From positions 32,001 through 96,000 of the IMG/VR virus record IMGVR_UViG_3300014839_000005: a stretch of DNA of 64,000 bases; one strand, given 5' to 3'. The notes below the pieces were generated by a model that saw only the letters and a list, made by a program, of their open reading frames with translations, was not told where the DNA came from and ran no database searches. Origin of the DNA: a virus. The number at the start of each line of letters is the position of its first letter. Positions within the stretch are counted from its first letter, which is position 1. A program made the position numbers and the translations under genes. This document shows, one piece after another, positions 27,587 through 35,419 of this stretch.

Positions 27587-29836
27587 ATGATAAAGTTACA
27601 AGATGCAGTTTTAAGAAAGCCCACCTTTGAAAAAACAGCCACATACGAACTTCCTCAAGATGTAACAAACTGGAACTCTGAAATATTGGAGAAGTTCTTT
27701 GAAGAAGTGAATTATCTTCCAAAAGATATCAATACTGAAATAGTAGTCAATAGTATTGATGAGAACAAGGGATATGCAAAAGGTTCAGTTGTGGTTTGGT
27801 ATGGAAACCGCAAGTTAAATTTTCCTATTATTGTAAAGGATTTTCAACTCTATCCTTTTGATGTTTATATTACTGAAAAAGATGGTAAGTTTAAATATAA
27901 TAATGCTACAGAAGTCAATGTTAAAACATATTTAATGTCAAATGAAATTGGCAAAATTGAAAATATGTATGATGCTGCTATGGGTGCCAATATTAAGACT
28001 CCTGGTAATATTTCTCCTAAACGACATATCAATCTTTCTGACGACTATAATATTGATTGGATTTCCGCTTATCCTAATTTCACCAAGATGTCTTCAGATT
28101 GGCGGGAAGAAGATTTTAAGCACCTGAAAAATGTCCTTGAAAAGAATGCAGATATCGCTAGTTCATTTGTTGATACTACAGGGGACTTGGTTAATAATAT
28201 TATTAATCTTAATCGTGGTAAACAAGCAATTCCAAGAGATAAAGCACAAGGCAAACTTGACCTTAATAATGTTGTTGATGCAAAACAGGCACTTACTGTT
28301 ATTGATGCCGAAATGTTTGATACGGCAAAATTGATTCCCATTAAACCTCCAGCTGTTTGTGAATTAAGATTATATCAATATCCGTCCATGGAAGATTTCA
28401 TGGATAGAGGCGATAGTGAACTGTTAAGATTTTCTGCATCTAAAACTGGAAAACCTATTACTGGCGTAGTTCTTGATTATAAGACAATTGAAACTTCTGG
28501 AAATTGCCCTATTGAATGCGCCTCTTCTGTAACTTCAAAAGATGCTGATCCCATAGAACAAGCAAGAGCGGTTCGTAATCGTAGACCTCAGATATTTATC
28601 TGTTCTGAAGGTAAATATTATTCAACAGACGATGACTGGGGAAAATCAGGTATTTGTTTTTATGGATCCAATATTTTATCAATACCTGGTATGGTAGATA
28701 AAATTGTTGAAAGAATAGCTAATAAAACCACAAATGATTATCTCAGATTTAATAAAGATAATCATGGTAATGGTGATGATAAGATTTTTCATCGTAATCT
28801 TGAATTGCGCCAAGGTAAAGAAAATGTTGAAAATGGTGACGCAATCAAAAGCCATTATCAAGGTATCATTCCATGGCCGGCAACTGTATATCCGAACTTT
28901 GCAAGTCAAAATAAAGAATTACTTCTGATTTATGGAAATAATGATACTTATGAATGTGTCAAAATTTCTGGTCCATTTAAGAGATATAGGGTTAACGGGA
29001 CCACCGCATATGCTTGTTCAGAAATGGCTCTTATTCCTGCAAGAATTGCTGTCATTCAGCAAGTTGGTTCAGTAACTGATCCAGTCTATAAAATGATTGC
29101 AGGAGAAAGTAAAAAAGTATATTTAATTCCAGAAAATACTCTTGTTATCAATATGGATTTTATGGAGAGATTGAATAAAGATGACTTTATGAGTCCAGCA
29201 AAGCCTATTCAGAAGATTTATGAAGAAGCTTCAATTCTGAAGGTGGCAATAGATCTTGGACAAGATGGATATCGTATTTATGGAAGTCCTGTAAAACCTC
29301 TTCAGAAGATAGCGCATTTTGATGATAATACATGTCTTAATACTAAAGATGCTATTAATGTATTAAAAATTCTTGGTATGGAGAAAACAGCCGCCGAAAA
29401 AGCTCTTAAAACTGTTCTTATTAAAAATGCTGAATCTCCTGGTTCATCCATTATGGTATATGGAGTCAGGAATGATTATATTAATCCTAAACTTTATGAT
29501 GGTATTGAGAAACAAGCCAGAGTAAGAGATATATACCGTCAATTAGCTGCTGAGTTGAAAATAGATTTAATTAAAGAAGCTAGTGTTATAAGTGATCCTG
29601 AAGCTGTAGATGTTATGTTAAGTTTAAATTTTGTTAATGAAGATAATCTTAATGAATATGTTGATCAGGTTCATATTATTAAAAAGGTTATCGGCAAACT
29701 TTCAGCAATGTTGGTAGCTTCAAGGATGGGTCTTAGTGATATCGATGAGACTGCTACAAAGAAAGCTATTGATGGGTTAGACAATGTCGTCAAGGGACTT
29801 GAGAATATTAAATTATCAATATCTAATCAAGGATAA
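27587..29836 (+). CDS. Large virion-associated protein with many K-x-A/S motifs
   Basis: 749 aa; FEKTA, LQKIA, MEKTA, LIKEAS; class-2 motif upstream. Confidence 0.7.
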   Translation: MIKLQDAVLRKPTFEKTATYELPQDVTNWNSEILEKFFEEVNYLPKDINTEIVVNSIDENKGYAKGSVVVWYGNRKLNFPIIVKDFQLYPFDVYITEKDGKFKYNNATEVNVKTYLMSNEIGKIENMYDAAMGANIKTPGNISPKRHINLSDDYNIDWISAYPNFTKMSSDWREEDFKHLKNVLEKNADIASSFVDTTGDLVNNIINLNRGKQAIPRDKAQGKLDLNNVVDAKQALTVIDAEMFDTAKLIPIKPPAVCELRLYQYPSMEDFMDRGDSELLRFSASKTGKPITGVVLDYKTIETSGNCPIECASSVTSKDADPIEQARAVRNRRPQIFICSEGKYYSTDDDWGKSGICFYGSNILSIPGMVDKIVERIANKTTNDYLRFNKDNHGNGDDKIFHRNLELRQGKENVENGDAIKSHYQGIIPWPATVYPNFASQNKELLLIYGNNDTYECVKISGPFKRYRVNGTTAYACSEMALIPARIAVIQQVGSVTDPVYKMIAGESKKVYLIPENTLVINMDFMERLNKDDFMSPAKPIQKIYEEASILKVAIDLGQDGYRIYGSPVKPLQKIAHFDDNTCLNTKDAINVLKILGMEKTAAEKALKTVLIKNAESPGSSIMVYGVRNDYINPKLYDGIEKQARVRDIYRQLAAELKIDLIKEASVISDPEAVDVMLSLNFVNEDNLNEYVDQVHIIKKVIGKLSAMLVASRMGLSDIDETATKKAIDGLDNVVKGLENIKLSISNQG

Positions 29837-29839
29837 ATT

Positions 29840-30094
29840 ATGATTGATTTAGCAAAAATTTCTCAAGAAGCATTTATAGACGAATTGCAAAAAATAGCAA
29901 TGTCTGAAAGTGTTATAACAAAAGCTATTAATGCATCACACAATAAGGCTATGAGTCTTTTAGGACAATCACCAATAAGTGCATCAAATATTTCTGCAGC
30001 TGCAAAAAAAATAAGACAATCATCTAATATGAGATTAGGTCTTGCTAAAAGACGCGATAATGTTGGATATAGTTTTCTTAAAAAAGGAAGGTAA
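29840..30094 (+). CDS. KIA-leader protein
   Basis: MIDLAKISQEAFIDELQKIA. Confidence 0.8.
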   Translation: MIDLAKISQEAFIDELQKIAMSESVITKAINASHNKAMSLLGQSPISASNISAAAKKIRQSSNMRLGLAKRRDNVGYSFLKKGR

Positions 30095-30096
30095 TT

Positions 30097-30543
30097 ATGA
30101 TTGATTTACAAAAAATTGCTGAAAGTGCATTTGTGAATGAACTTGAAAAAATATCAAAACTTTCACACACACTTGAACCTGACGCTTATACACCTACTAT
30201 TAAACATTATGTTAAAAATATCCAAAATATTGAAAAGAAAGAAAAATCTGAATGGAATAAATTAAAAAACAAATATAAACCAGAAATAAGATCTAATAGA
30301 TTGGCTGCATTAGGTGGAGCCCTTGGAGGTGGTGGAGCTGGTTTTGCTATAGGAAAATTATTTGGTCTTCCCGTTTCAGGAACCATTGGTGGTAGTTTAC
30401 TTGGCGCTGGTGGGGCTGGTGGTATTATGAGTTATATTAACGAATTAAAAAGACCATCTTTTGGAAAAGAAATGTCTTCACATACAGAACGATATGGAGA
30501 AGGCGCTCCTAATATCAAAGATTTGCTAATAAATAGAGAATAA
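30097..30543 (+). CDS. KIA-leader glycine-zipper protein
   Basis: MIDLQKIAESAFVNELEKIS. Confidence 0.8.
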   Translation: MIDLQKIAESAFVNELEKISKLSHTLEPDAYTPTIKHYVKNIQNIEKKEKSEWNKLKNKYKPEIRSNRLAALGGALGGGGAGFAIGKLFGLPVSGTIGGSLLGAGGAGGIMSYINELKRPSFGKEMSSHTERYGEGAPNIKDLLINRE

Positions 30544-30544
30544 G

Positions 30545-30745
30545 ATGAATTGGCTTCAAAAAATAGCTGAAACTGCTTTTGATGATGAAATGCAAAAAAT
30601 TCTTCAAGCTGAAGGTATTGATAAAATAATGGATCATAGAGCTTTAACTAGAGTAACGAATATGAATCGCTCTGGTACTAATGTTGGAATTAATGATGAA
30701 TACAACCCGACAGAATCAGAAAGTACATATGGACAATCGTTTTGA
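30545..30745 (+). CDS. KIA-leader protein
   Basis: MNWLQKIAETAFDDEMQKI. Confidence 0.75.
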   Translation: MNWLQKIAETAFDDEMQKILQAEGIDKIMDHRALTRVTNMNRSGTNVGINDEYNPTESESTYGQSF

Positions 30746-31145
30746 AGAAATAACGAAATACGCTTTTGATGAAGAGTTAAAAAAAATAGCAGACTTTTAT
30801 ACTGATATGTTAGCTACTTATCCTGATGAAGAAGAGGAACCTGAATACGAGGAAGAATATCCAGAACAAGCCGCTTCTTATGACTCCCAACGACCTAATC
30901 CAATTCCTAGTCTATTTGCTGGTGCAGGAACTGGAACTGCTTTAGCATCTGGTCTTGGAATGTTGAGTAATAATATATTGGGCAATCCTATTTCTCAAAA
31001 TTTTGCCAGAAATGCTATTATTGGCGGTTTAATGGGTGGATTAGGTGCTGGTATTCCAATTTTGATAAATCATTTTTCGTCATCAAATAATAATGAGGAA
31101 AATGATGTTGCCGCTCAACCCATCAATTCAATAATGGAAAATTAA
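30729..31145 (+). CDS. KIA-leader protein with an acidic stretch and a glycine zipper
   Basis: Likely start MDNRFEEITKYAFDEELKKIA (track start 30681). Confidence 0.75.
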   Translation: MDNRFEEITKYAFDEELKKIADFYTDMLATYPDEEEEPEYEEEYPEQAASYDSQRPNPIPSLFAGAGTGTALASGLGMLSNNILGNPISQNFARNAIIGGLMGGLGAGIPILINHFSSSNNNEENDVAAQPINSIMEN

Positions 31146-31571
31146 ATGCATTCTATTACACATAAAGCTTTTATTAATGAGTTGGAAAAAATATCTGCAG
31201 CCGGTATAGTGGGAGATATATTAGCAGCTTCGTTGTTAGGTCAATTAGCTATGACTGGTGCTCAACATACTAAAGGAATAAAAGAAGCACTTAAAGCGGG
31301 TGCTACACTAAAACATGCTTTTAGTGCTCCTCCTTTGCCTATTGGAAAAGAATGGAAATTTGTACCATTAAATAGAGTAAATAATCAATTAAAATTACAA
31401 GAAAATCAATTAGCATCTATGACTAAAGAGAAATCTTCTTATGAACATTTTTTAGATGAACAAAGAAAACGAATGCAGACAATTGCTATGCCTACTGGTG
31501 CCGTTGTTTCTATAGCAGCAGAACGAAAACATGATCGTGAACATATACATAAAACACCAATGAAAGGATAA
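31146..31571 (+). CDS. KIA-leader protein
   Basis: ITHKAFINELEKISA. Confidence 0.8.
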   Translation: MHSITHKAFINELEKISAAGIVGDILAASLLGQLAMTGAQHTKGIKEALKAGATLKHAFSAPPLPIGKEWKFVPLNRVNNQLKLQENQLASMTKEKSSYEHFLDEQRKRMQTIAMPTGAVVSIAAERKHDREHIHKTPMKG

Positions 31572-31574
31572 ACA

Positions 31575-32018
31575 ATGAATAAAGATACTATGCAAAAAAT
31601 TGCAGAAGAAGCATTTATTGATGAGCTGGAAAAAATTTCTGGTAAGAAAAGCGAAGTTGCTGGAACAGCAATTGGTGTAGGTGGATCCATTGGAGGGTAT
31701 GCGCTGACTAAAGGTGCAATTAAACGAGGAATGACACCAGAATATGCTAAGGCAATTAATGAATCTCTTATAAAAAATAAAACTATTGGAAAAGTTATGG
31801 GATCTTTAGCGCATTCACAAATGAAACATCCAGGTAAATGGTTAGCCGGTGGATTAGCTCTCAGTGCTATTCCTATCGCAGGTGGGTTAATGCAGAAAGC
31901 TAAATCAAAAGAAGAAATGGATAAACAAAACAAACAAACAATATCTAATTTAGCGCTTGGTCCCTACAATCTTGGTAAACGTATTAAAGCCTCTCTTGCT
32001 AATAAAAAGAAAAACTAA
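31575..32018 (+). CDS. KIA-leader glycine-zipper protein
   Basis: MQKIAEEAFIDELEKIS. Confidence 0.8.
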   Translation: MNKDTMQKIAEEAFIDELEKISGKKSEVAGTAIGVGGSIGGYALTKGAIKRGMTPEYAKAINESLIKNKTIGKVMGSLAHSQMKHPGKWLAGGLALSAIPIAGGLMQKAKSKEEMDKQNKQTISNLALGPYNLGKRIKASLANKKKN

Positions 32019-32044
32019 TATTTTTTTTAATAGCTAAAAAAAAG

Positions 32045-32075
32045 ACCCCTGTATGTGATCGAGACATACAGGGGT
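32045..32075 (-). terminator. Intrinsic terminator closing the RT operon
   Basis: ACCCCTGTATGT/ACATACAGGGGT 12-bp stem followed by a T-run on the minus strand; lies between convergent units. Confidence 0.85.
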
Positions 32076-32084
32076 TTATTATTT

Positions 32085-32245
32085 GATATGGAACGTAGAC
32101 CGTCTGAGGTCGGGGGCGAAGGCGGGCTCACCTGCTCCAAGATTGAAATAATTGAAAGTCGTCCACTTTCAATTATTCCAATTCTTTCTACTGGCATCAA
32201 GATGTTACATCTCGAACTAAAGGGAAACCCCTTTACTTCCATATC
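32085..32245 (-). ncRNA. Putative retron msr-msd ncRNA
   Basis: 9-bp terminal inverted repeat GATATGGAA/TTCCATATC closed by G opposite G (32236 / 32094); two msr-like stem-loops (32218-32235, 32197-32215); 17-bp msd-like hairpin (32143-32180). G-U wobbles fit the minus strand. Confidence 0.8.
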
Positions 32246-32254
32246 CATTATATA

Positions 32255-32509
32255 TTAGCTCTTTAATATCTTTAAATCTGGTTTTTGAGATTGCGCTGGT
32301 TGAACTTGTTCTCTTGGTTTTACTGATTGATCTAATATTTTCTGGTTTAACTGGTTTGCCTCGGTTCCTACTTTTGTCATTTCTTCATCAAATTGTTTTA
32401 ATCTGGGAAGCATATCCTGAATTAAATTCAGGATAGCTTTCCCAGTGTGTTTGATGTAATATAACACCGCTTCGGAAGTTGGTTTTTGTGGTTCACTGAT
32501 TTTTTCCAT
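32255..32509 (-). CDS. 84-aa helical/coiled-coil protein in the RT operon
   Basis: GAGG RBS; heptad-like LKQFDEEMTKVGTEANQLNQKIL; stop 10 nt before the ncRNA. Confidence 0.7.
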   Translation of the reverse strand: MEKISEPQKPTSEAVLYYIKHTGKAILNLIQDMLPRLKQFDEEMTKVGTEANQLNQKILDQSVKPREQVQPAQSQKPDLKILKS

Positions 32510-32536
32510 ATTAACCTCCTCGATAAAAATGGAAGA

Positions 32537-33025
32537 TTACTTTGAACCATTCCTTATCAGTTCTATATGGTTTTGGGCGATAATATCAGCCCGATTGTTG
32601 AACCGATTGCTTGAGTGGCCCTTGACCCATTGAAATATAACAGACTTGAACTCGGAGGTTTCTTTGTCTATTCTTTTCCATAAGTCAATATTTGCGACCT
32701 GTCCTCCACTGGACTTTCGCCATCCATTGGATTTCCAAGTTTCAAAGTAATCATTCCAATTATCACAGACATATTTTGAATCGGTTAGTATGGTACAACT
32801 GGTTTCACTGGTTAACTGGTTCTTTTTGGTTAGGTACTGATTCAACTTGTTCAATCCCGCTGCTACAGCGGTAAGTTCCATGCAGTTGTTTGTTGTCCCT
32901 CGTAAATGTCCCCCGCCCTCAATAGTATCTTGTTCTGGCGTTACAATAACATAACCGTAACCGCCAGGACAATTTTTTGAAGCATCATTACCGGAACAGC
33001 CACCGTCAGTATATATCAGATACAT
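32537..33025 (-). CDS. rnhA: Ribonuclease HI
   Basis: YTDGGC, TNNCMELTAV, TDSKYV, WKSNGW, NIDLWK, WVKGHS, NNRADIIA. Confidence 0.93.
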   Translation of the reverse strand: MYLIYTDGGCSGNDASKNCPGGYGYVIVTPEQDTIEGGGHLRGTTNNCMELTAVAAGLNKLNQYLTKKNQLTSETSCTILTDSKYVCDNWNDYFETWKSNGWRKSSGGQVANIDLWKRIDKETSEFKSVIFQWVKGHSSNRFNNRADIIAQNHIELIRNGSK

Positions 33026-33065
33026 GGTTTATCCCTTACTTAACAAAGATCAGGTAGGATTATTG

Positions 33066-34175
33066 TCAAGCAGCTGCTCTCCCGAACTTTCTTTCTTCGA
33101 ATTCTTTGAGCATCATCATATACTTTTCGCCCTTTTTCCTGTCTACGCTCATAAGATAGGAAGCGAATCCTTTCAGTTTTCTTATCTCTCCCTTTGTGGT
33201 CTTGGCTGCATTTTTGAATTTTGATGTCGCATTAAAAACTGCAGCCCTGAAATTATTTACTACTTTTTTCGGTAGAGATGTTTTTTCATTGACAACAATC
33301 CCGCATACTTTAAGTCTGCCGGCATGTGATTTCCAATTTGTTTTATCCTTATTAGGAATAAAACCATAAGCCCACAATAACCTATATACTTTTGTCTGTA
33401 TTAATTTCCTCAATTGCCACTTATCATGGGTTTTTGAAGAAAAACACAAATCATCAGCATATCGAGTATAAATGATGTCATTGGCTTGACAATATTCTAC
33501 CATTGACTCATCAAATCCTCTAAGAACTATGTTCGCTATAATGGGAGATGTTGGAAATCCCTGAGCGGTAAATCCATTATAAATACAGAGTTTGATCACT
33601 CTTGTAAGCAGAGATTGATATCCAGTTTTTTCGCAATAATCAGGAATGTGAACAGCTTTGATCTCTTCACATTTATGAGGAAAGTTCTTGTTCTTATTAT
33701 GATATAAAGACGGATGGCATTTTCCTTCCAGCATATATTCATAATACCTGCAATAACGGCAGATATTTTTATTGCCAAATAGGCAATTCTTTAAATGTTT
33801 TTCGGAAATACTGTCAAAAAAACTCTTTATATCAATTTTTCCAAGACTTTTTGCGCCTACATGTTTTTTAGCATTGGTTACAATGCCACGTTTGATGATA
33901 AAACCGTGAACAGCTTCGTTAGGTTTGTACCTTCTGAATATTCTCCAATACACAGCCTTCTGAAGATATTTAAGAGTACCGTCGGGAGCCAGTACCTTTC
34001 TCACGGAACCATCTTTTTTAGGTATTTCAATCTTCCTTACATGCATTGGCAGATCATTAATAATCGTATCAACTTTTTCAAGTGGTTGACCAAAAATATC
34101 TGACAATTTAAAGTTACTGTAAGGAGTTGGTGGTTTAACAGCTTTTTCAGCTGTGGCTTGGTTCTGCTGGTCCAC
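33066..34175 (-). CDS. Retron-type reverse transcriptase with a Cys-rich insertion
   Basis: IPKKDG..R, HGF, region X NAKKH (33861-33875), DIKSFF, QGFPTSP, YTRYADD (33450-33461), region Y KVCGIVVN (VTG-like); GTG start with GGAGG. Confidence 0.92.
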   Translation of the reverse strand: MDQQNQATAEKAVKPPTPYSNFKLSDIFGQPLEKVDTIINDLPMHVRKIEIPKKDGSVRKVLAPDGTLKYLQKAVYWRIFRRYKPNEAVHGFIIKRGIVTNAKKHVGAKSLGKIDIKSFFDSISEKHLKNCLFGNKNICRYCRYYEYMLEGKCHPSLYHNKNKNFPHKCEEIKAVHIPDYCEKTGYQSLLTRVIKLCIYNGFTAQGFPTSPIIANIVLRGFDESMVEYCQANDIIYTRYADDLCFSSKTHDKWQLRKLIQTKVYRLLWAYGFIPNKDKTNWKSHAGRLKVCGIVVNEKTSLPKKVVNNFRAAVFNATSKFKNAAKTTKGEIRKLKGFASYLMSVDRKKGEKYMMMLKEFEERKFGRAAA

Positions 34176-35253
34176 TGGTTTCCTCCTGTGTTTTTACTTT
34201 CTCCCTGGCTTCATCGATATTTTGAGCCGCACCTGTTTTTATAAGATCTTCGGCTTTTTTCTCAAATTTGTCATCTGCCTTATCAACACCGTATTTTTCC
34301 ATACCCTCCTCTTTATAGTTATTTGTGATTTTGGAAAAATCATCAATGAAGGATTCGATGCTATCTTCTTTAATAAATCCTCCACCGACATTATAATGGC
34401 CACCACCTTTAACATAATCAAGGTTGGCCAGGAACCTTCCAATATGGAGATCATTCTTTTCAGAATGCCAACGATTGAAGGCGACCTGCAGATGCCATCT
34501 TTTATTCCATACTGAAGATATTCTGATGTTATACTTAACATCAGGCCTTATGAAAGCTTCGGAATATCTGGGAAACTGACCTGTCCTTCTTTGACGAATA
34601 ACGGAAATCTTATTATAGACTTCCATATTCTGCTTTGCTTTCATAACATCGCCACGAAGATCATCAATGACGGATGCGTCGAGATTTAATATGGCGATTG
34701 TTTCATCAAGATCAAATTCTGTATTTACCAGGACTTCGACAATTCTGTTAAAAATCATGTCGTTGGGCTGTATTCTTTCAAGATACGCCCTTATAATCAT
34801 GATAGGACTTGCATTGGTAAAAACAAAATTAACATCCTGATAAAGTGCCGCATCAATCATATTGATGCTTTTAACCAATTCAGGAAGAAGGATGTTTGTA
34901 TTGCATTCTGCCCTATTTTTCTTTAAATAGTTAAAAAGAAGTTGGAATGCTGAATATGCCGCTGGATCATAAATAGTTTCATCATTGATTACCGGCTTAT
35001 GCCCAAGATCTTTATTGGGATGATGGTCTACCCAAAATGTGGATTGTCTGTGATCTTCAAAGTCGAAAATTGATAATGTATCATTCTCCCCAAGATTGAG
35101 TTTTGTGACAAGTTCGTTAAATTTTTCTCCTCTGGAATAAGACATCACAGGATAAAGGCGATAATTGATTTTGTTATTGATTATGTACTTTAAATACAAG
35201 GCGGCACAACAAATCCCGTCTACATCAGCGTGATACACGACATGATGGCTCAT
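34147..35253 (-). CDS. DHH/DHHA1-family phosphoesterase (NrnA-like)
   Basis: HADVDG, VDHH, IDAA, GGGH(YNVGGG); overlaps the RT start by 29 nt. Confidence 0.8.
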   Translation of the reverse strand: MSHHVVYHADVDGICCAALYLKYIINNKINYRLYPVMSYSRGEKFNELVTKLNLGENDTLSIFDFEDHRQSTFWVDHHPNKDLGHKPVINDETIYDPAAYSAFQLLFNYLKKNRAECNTNILLPELVKSINMIDAALYQDVNFVFTNASPIMIIRAYLERIQPNDMIFNRIVEVLVNTEFDLDETIAILNLDASVIDDLRGDVMKAKQNMEVYNKISVIRQRRTGQFPRYSEAFIRPDVKYNIRISSVWNKRWHLQVAFNRWHSEKNDLHIGRFLANLDYVKGGGHYNVGGGFIKEDSIESFIDDFSKITNNYKEEGMEKYGVDKADDKFEKKAEDLIKTGAAQNIDEAREKVKTQEETSGPAEPSHS

Positions 35254-35376
35254 GGTTCCTCCGGTTTGTTTTAAGTAAAAAAAGGCAGGTAGGGGTAGGT
35301 AAAAAGATAATTAAATCTTTCAATATTGTTATTACAGGAATGATATTAAAATAACAATATCGAAATAACAAATAAC

Positions 35377-35400
35377 TACATTATAGTTATGTCATATAAT
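35377..35400 (-). promoter_or_regulatory. Class-1 promoter motif upstream of the DHH-RT operon
   Basis: 21/24 identical to 40735-40758; core ATAACTATAATG. Confidence 0.6.
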
Positions 35401-35419
35401 CATTAAAAATAACAGAGGA

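Noticed and set aside
32027-32258. Track ORFs 32027..32248 (-) and 32055..32258 (+)
   Set aside because: Both run through the terminator and the structured ncRNA; neither has a recognisable RBS or protein motif. The RNA structure explains the region better.
33066-34175. RT as a DGR or group II intron RT
   Set aside because: It has the retron NAxxH and VTG-like motifs and QGxPTSP. I saw no template/variable repeat pair, avd-like gene, maturase/endonuclease domain or intron flanks.
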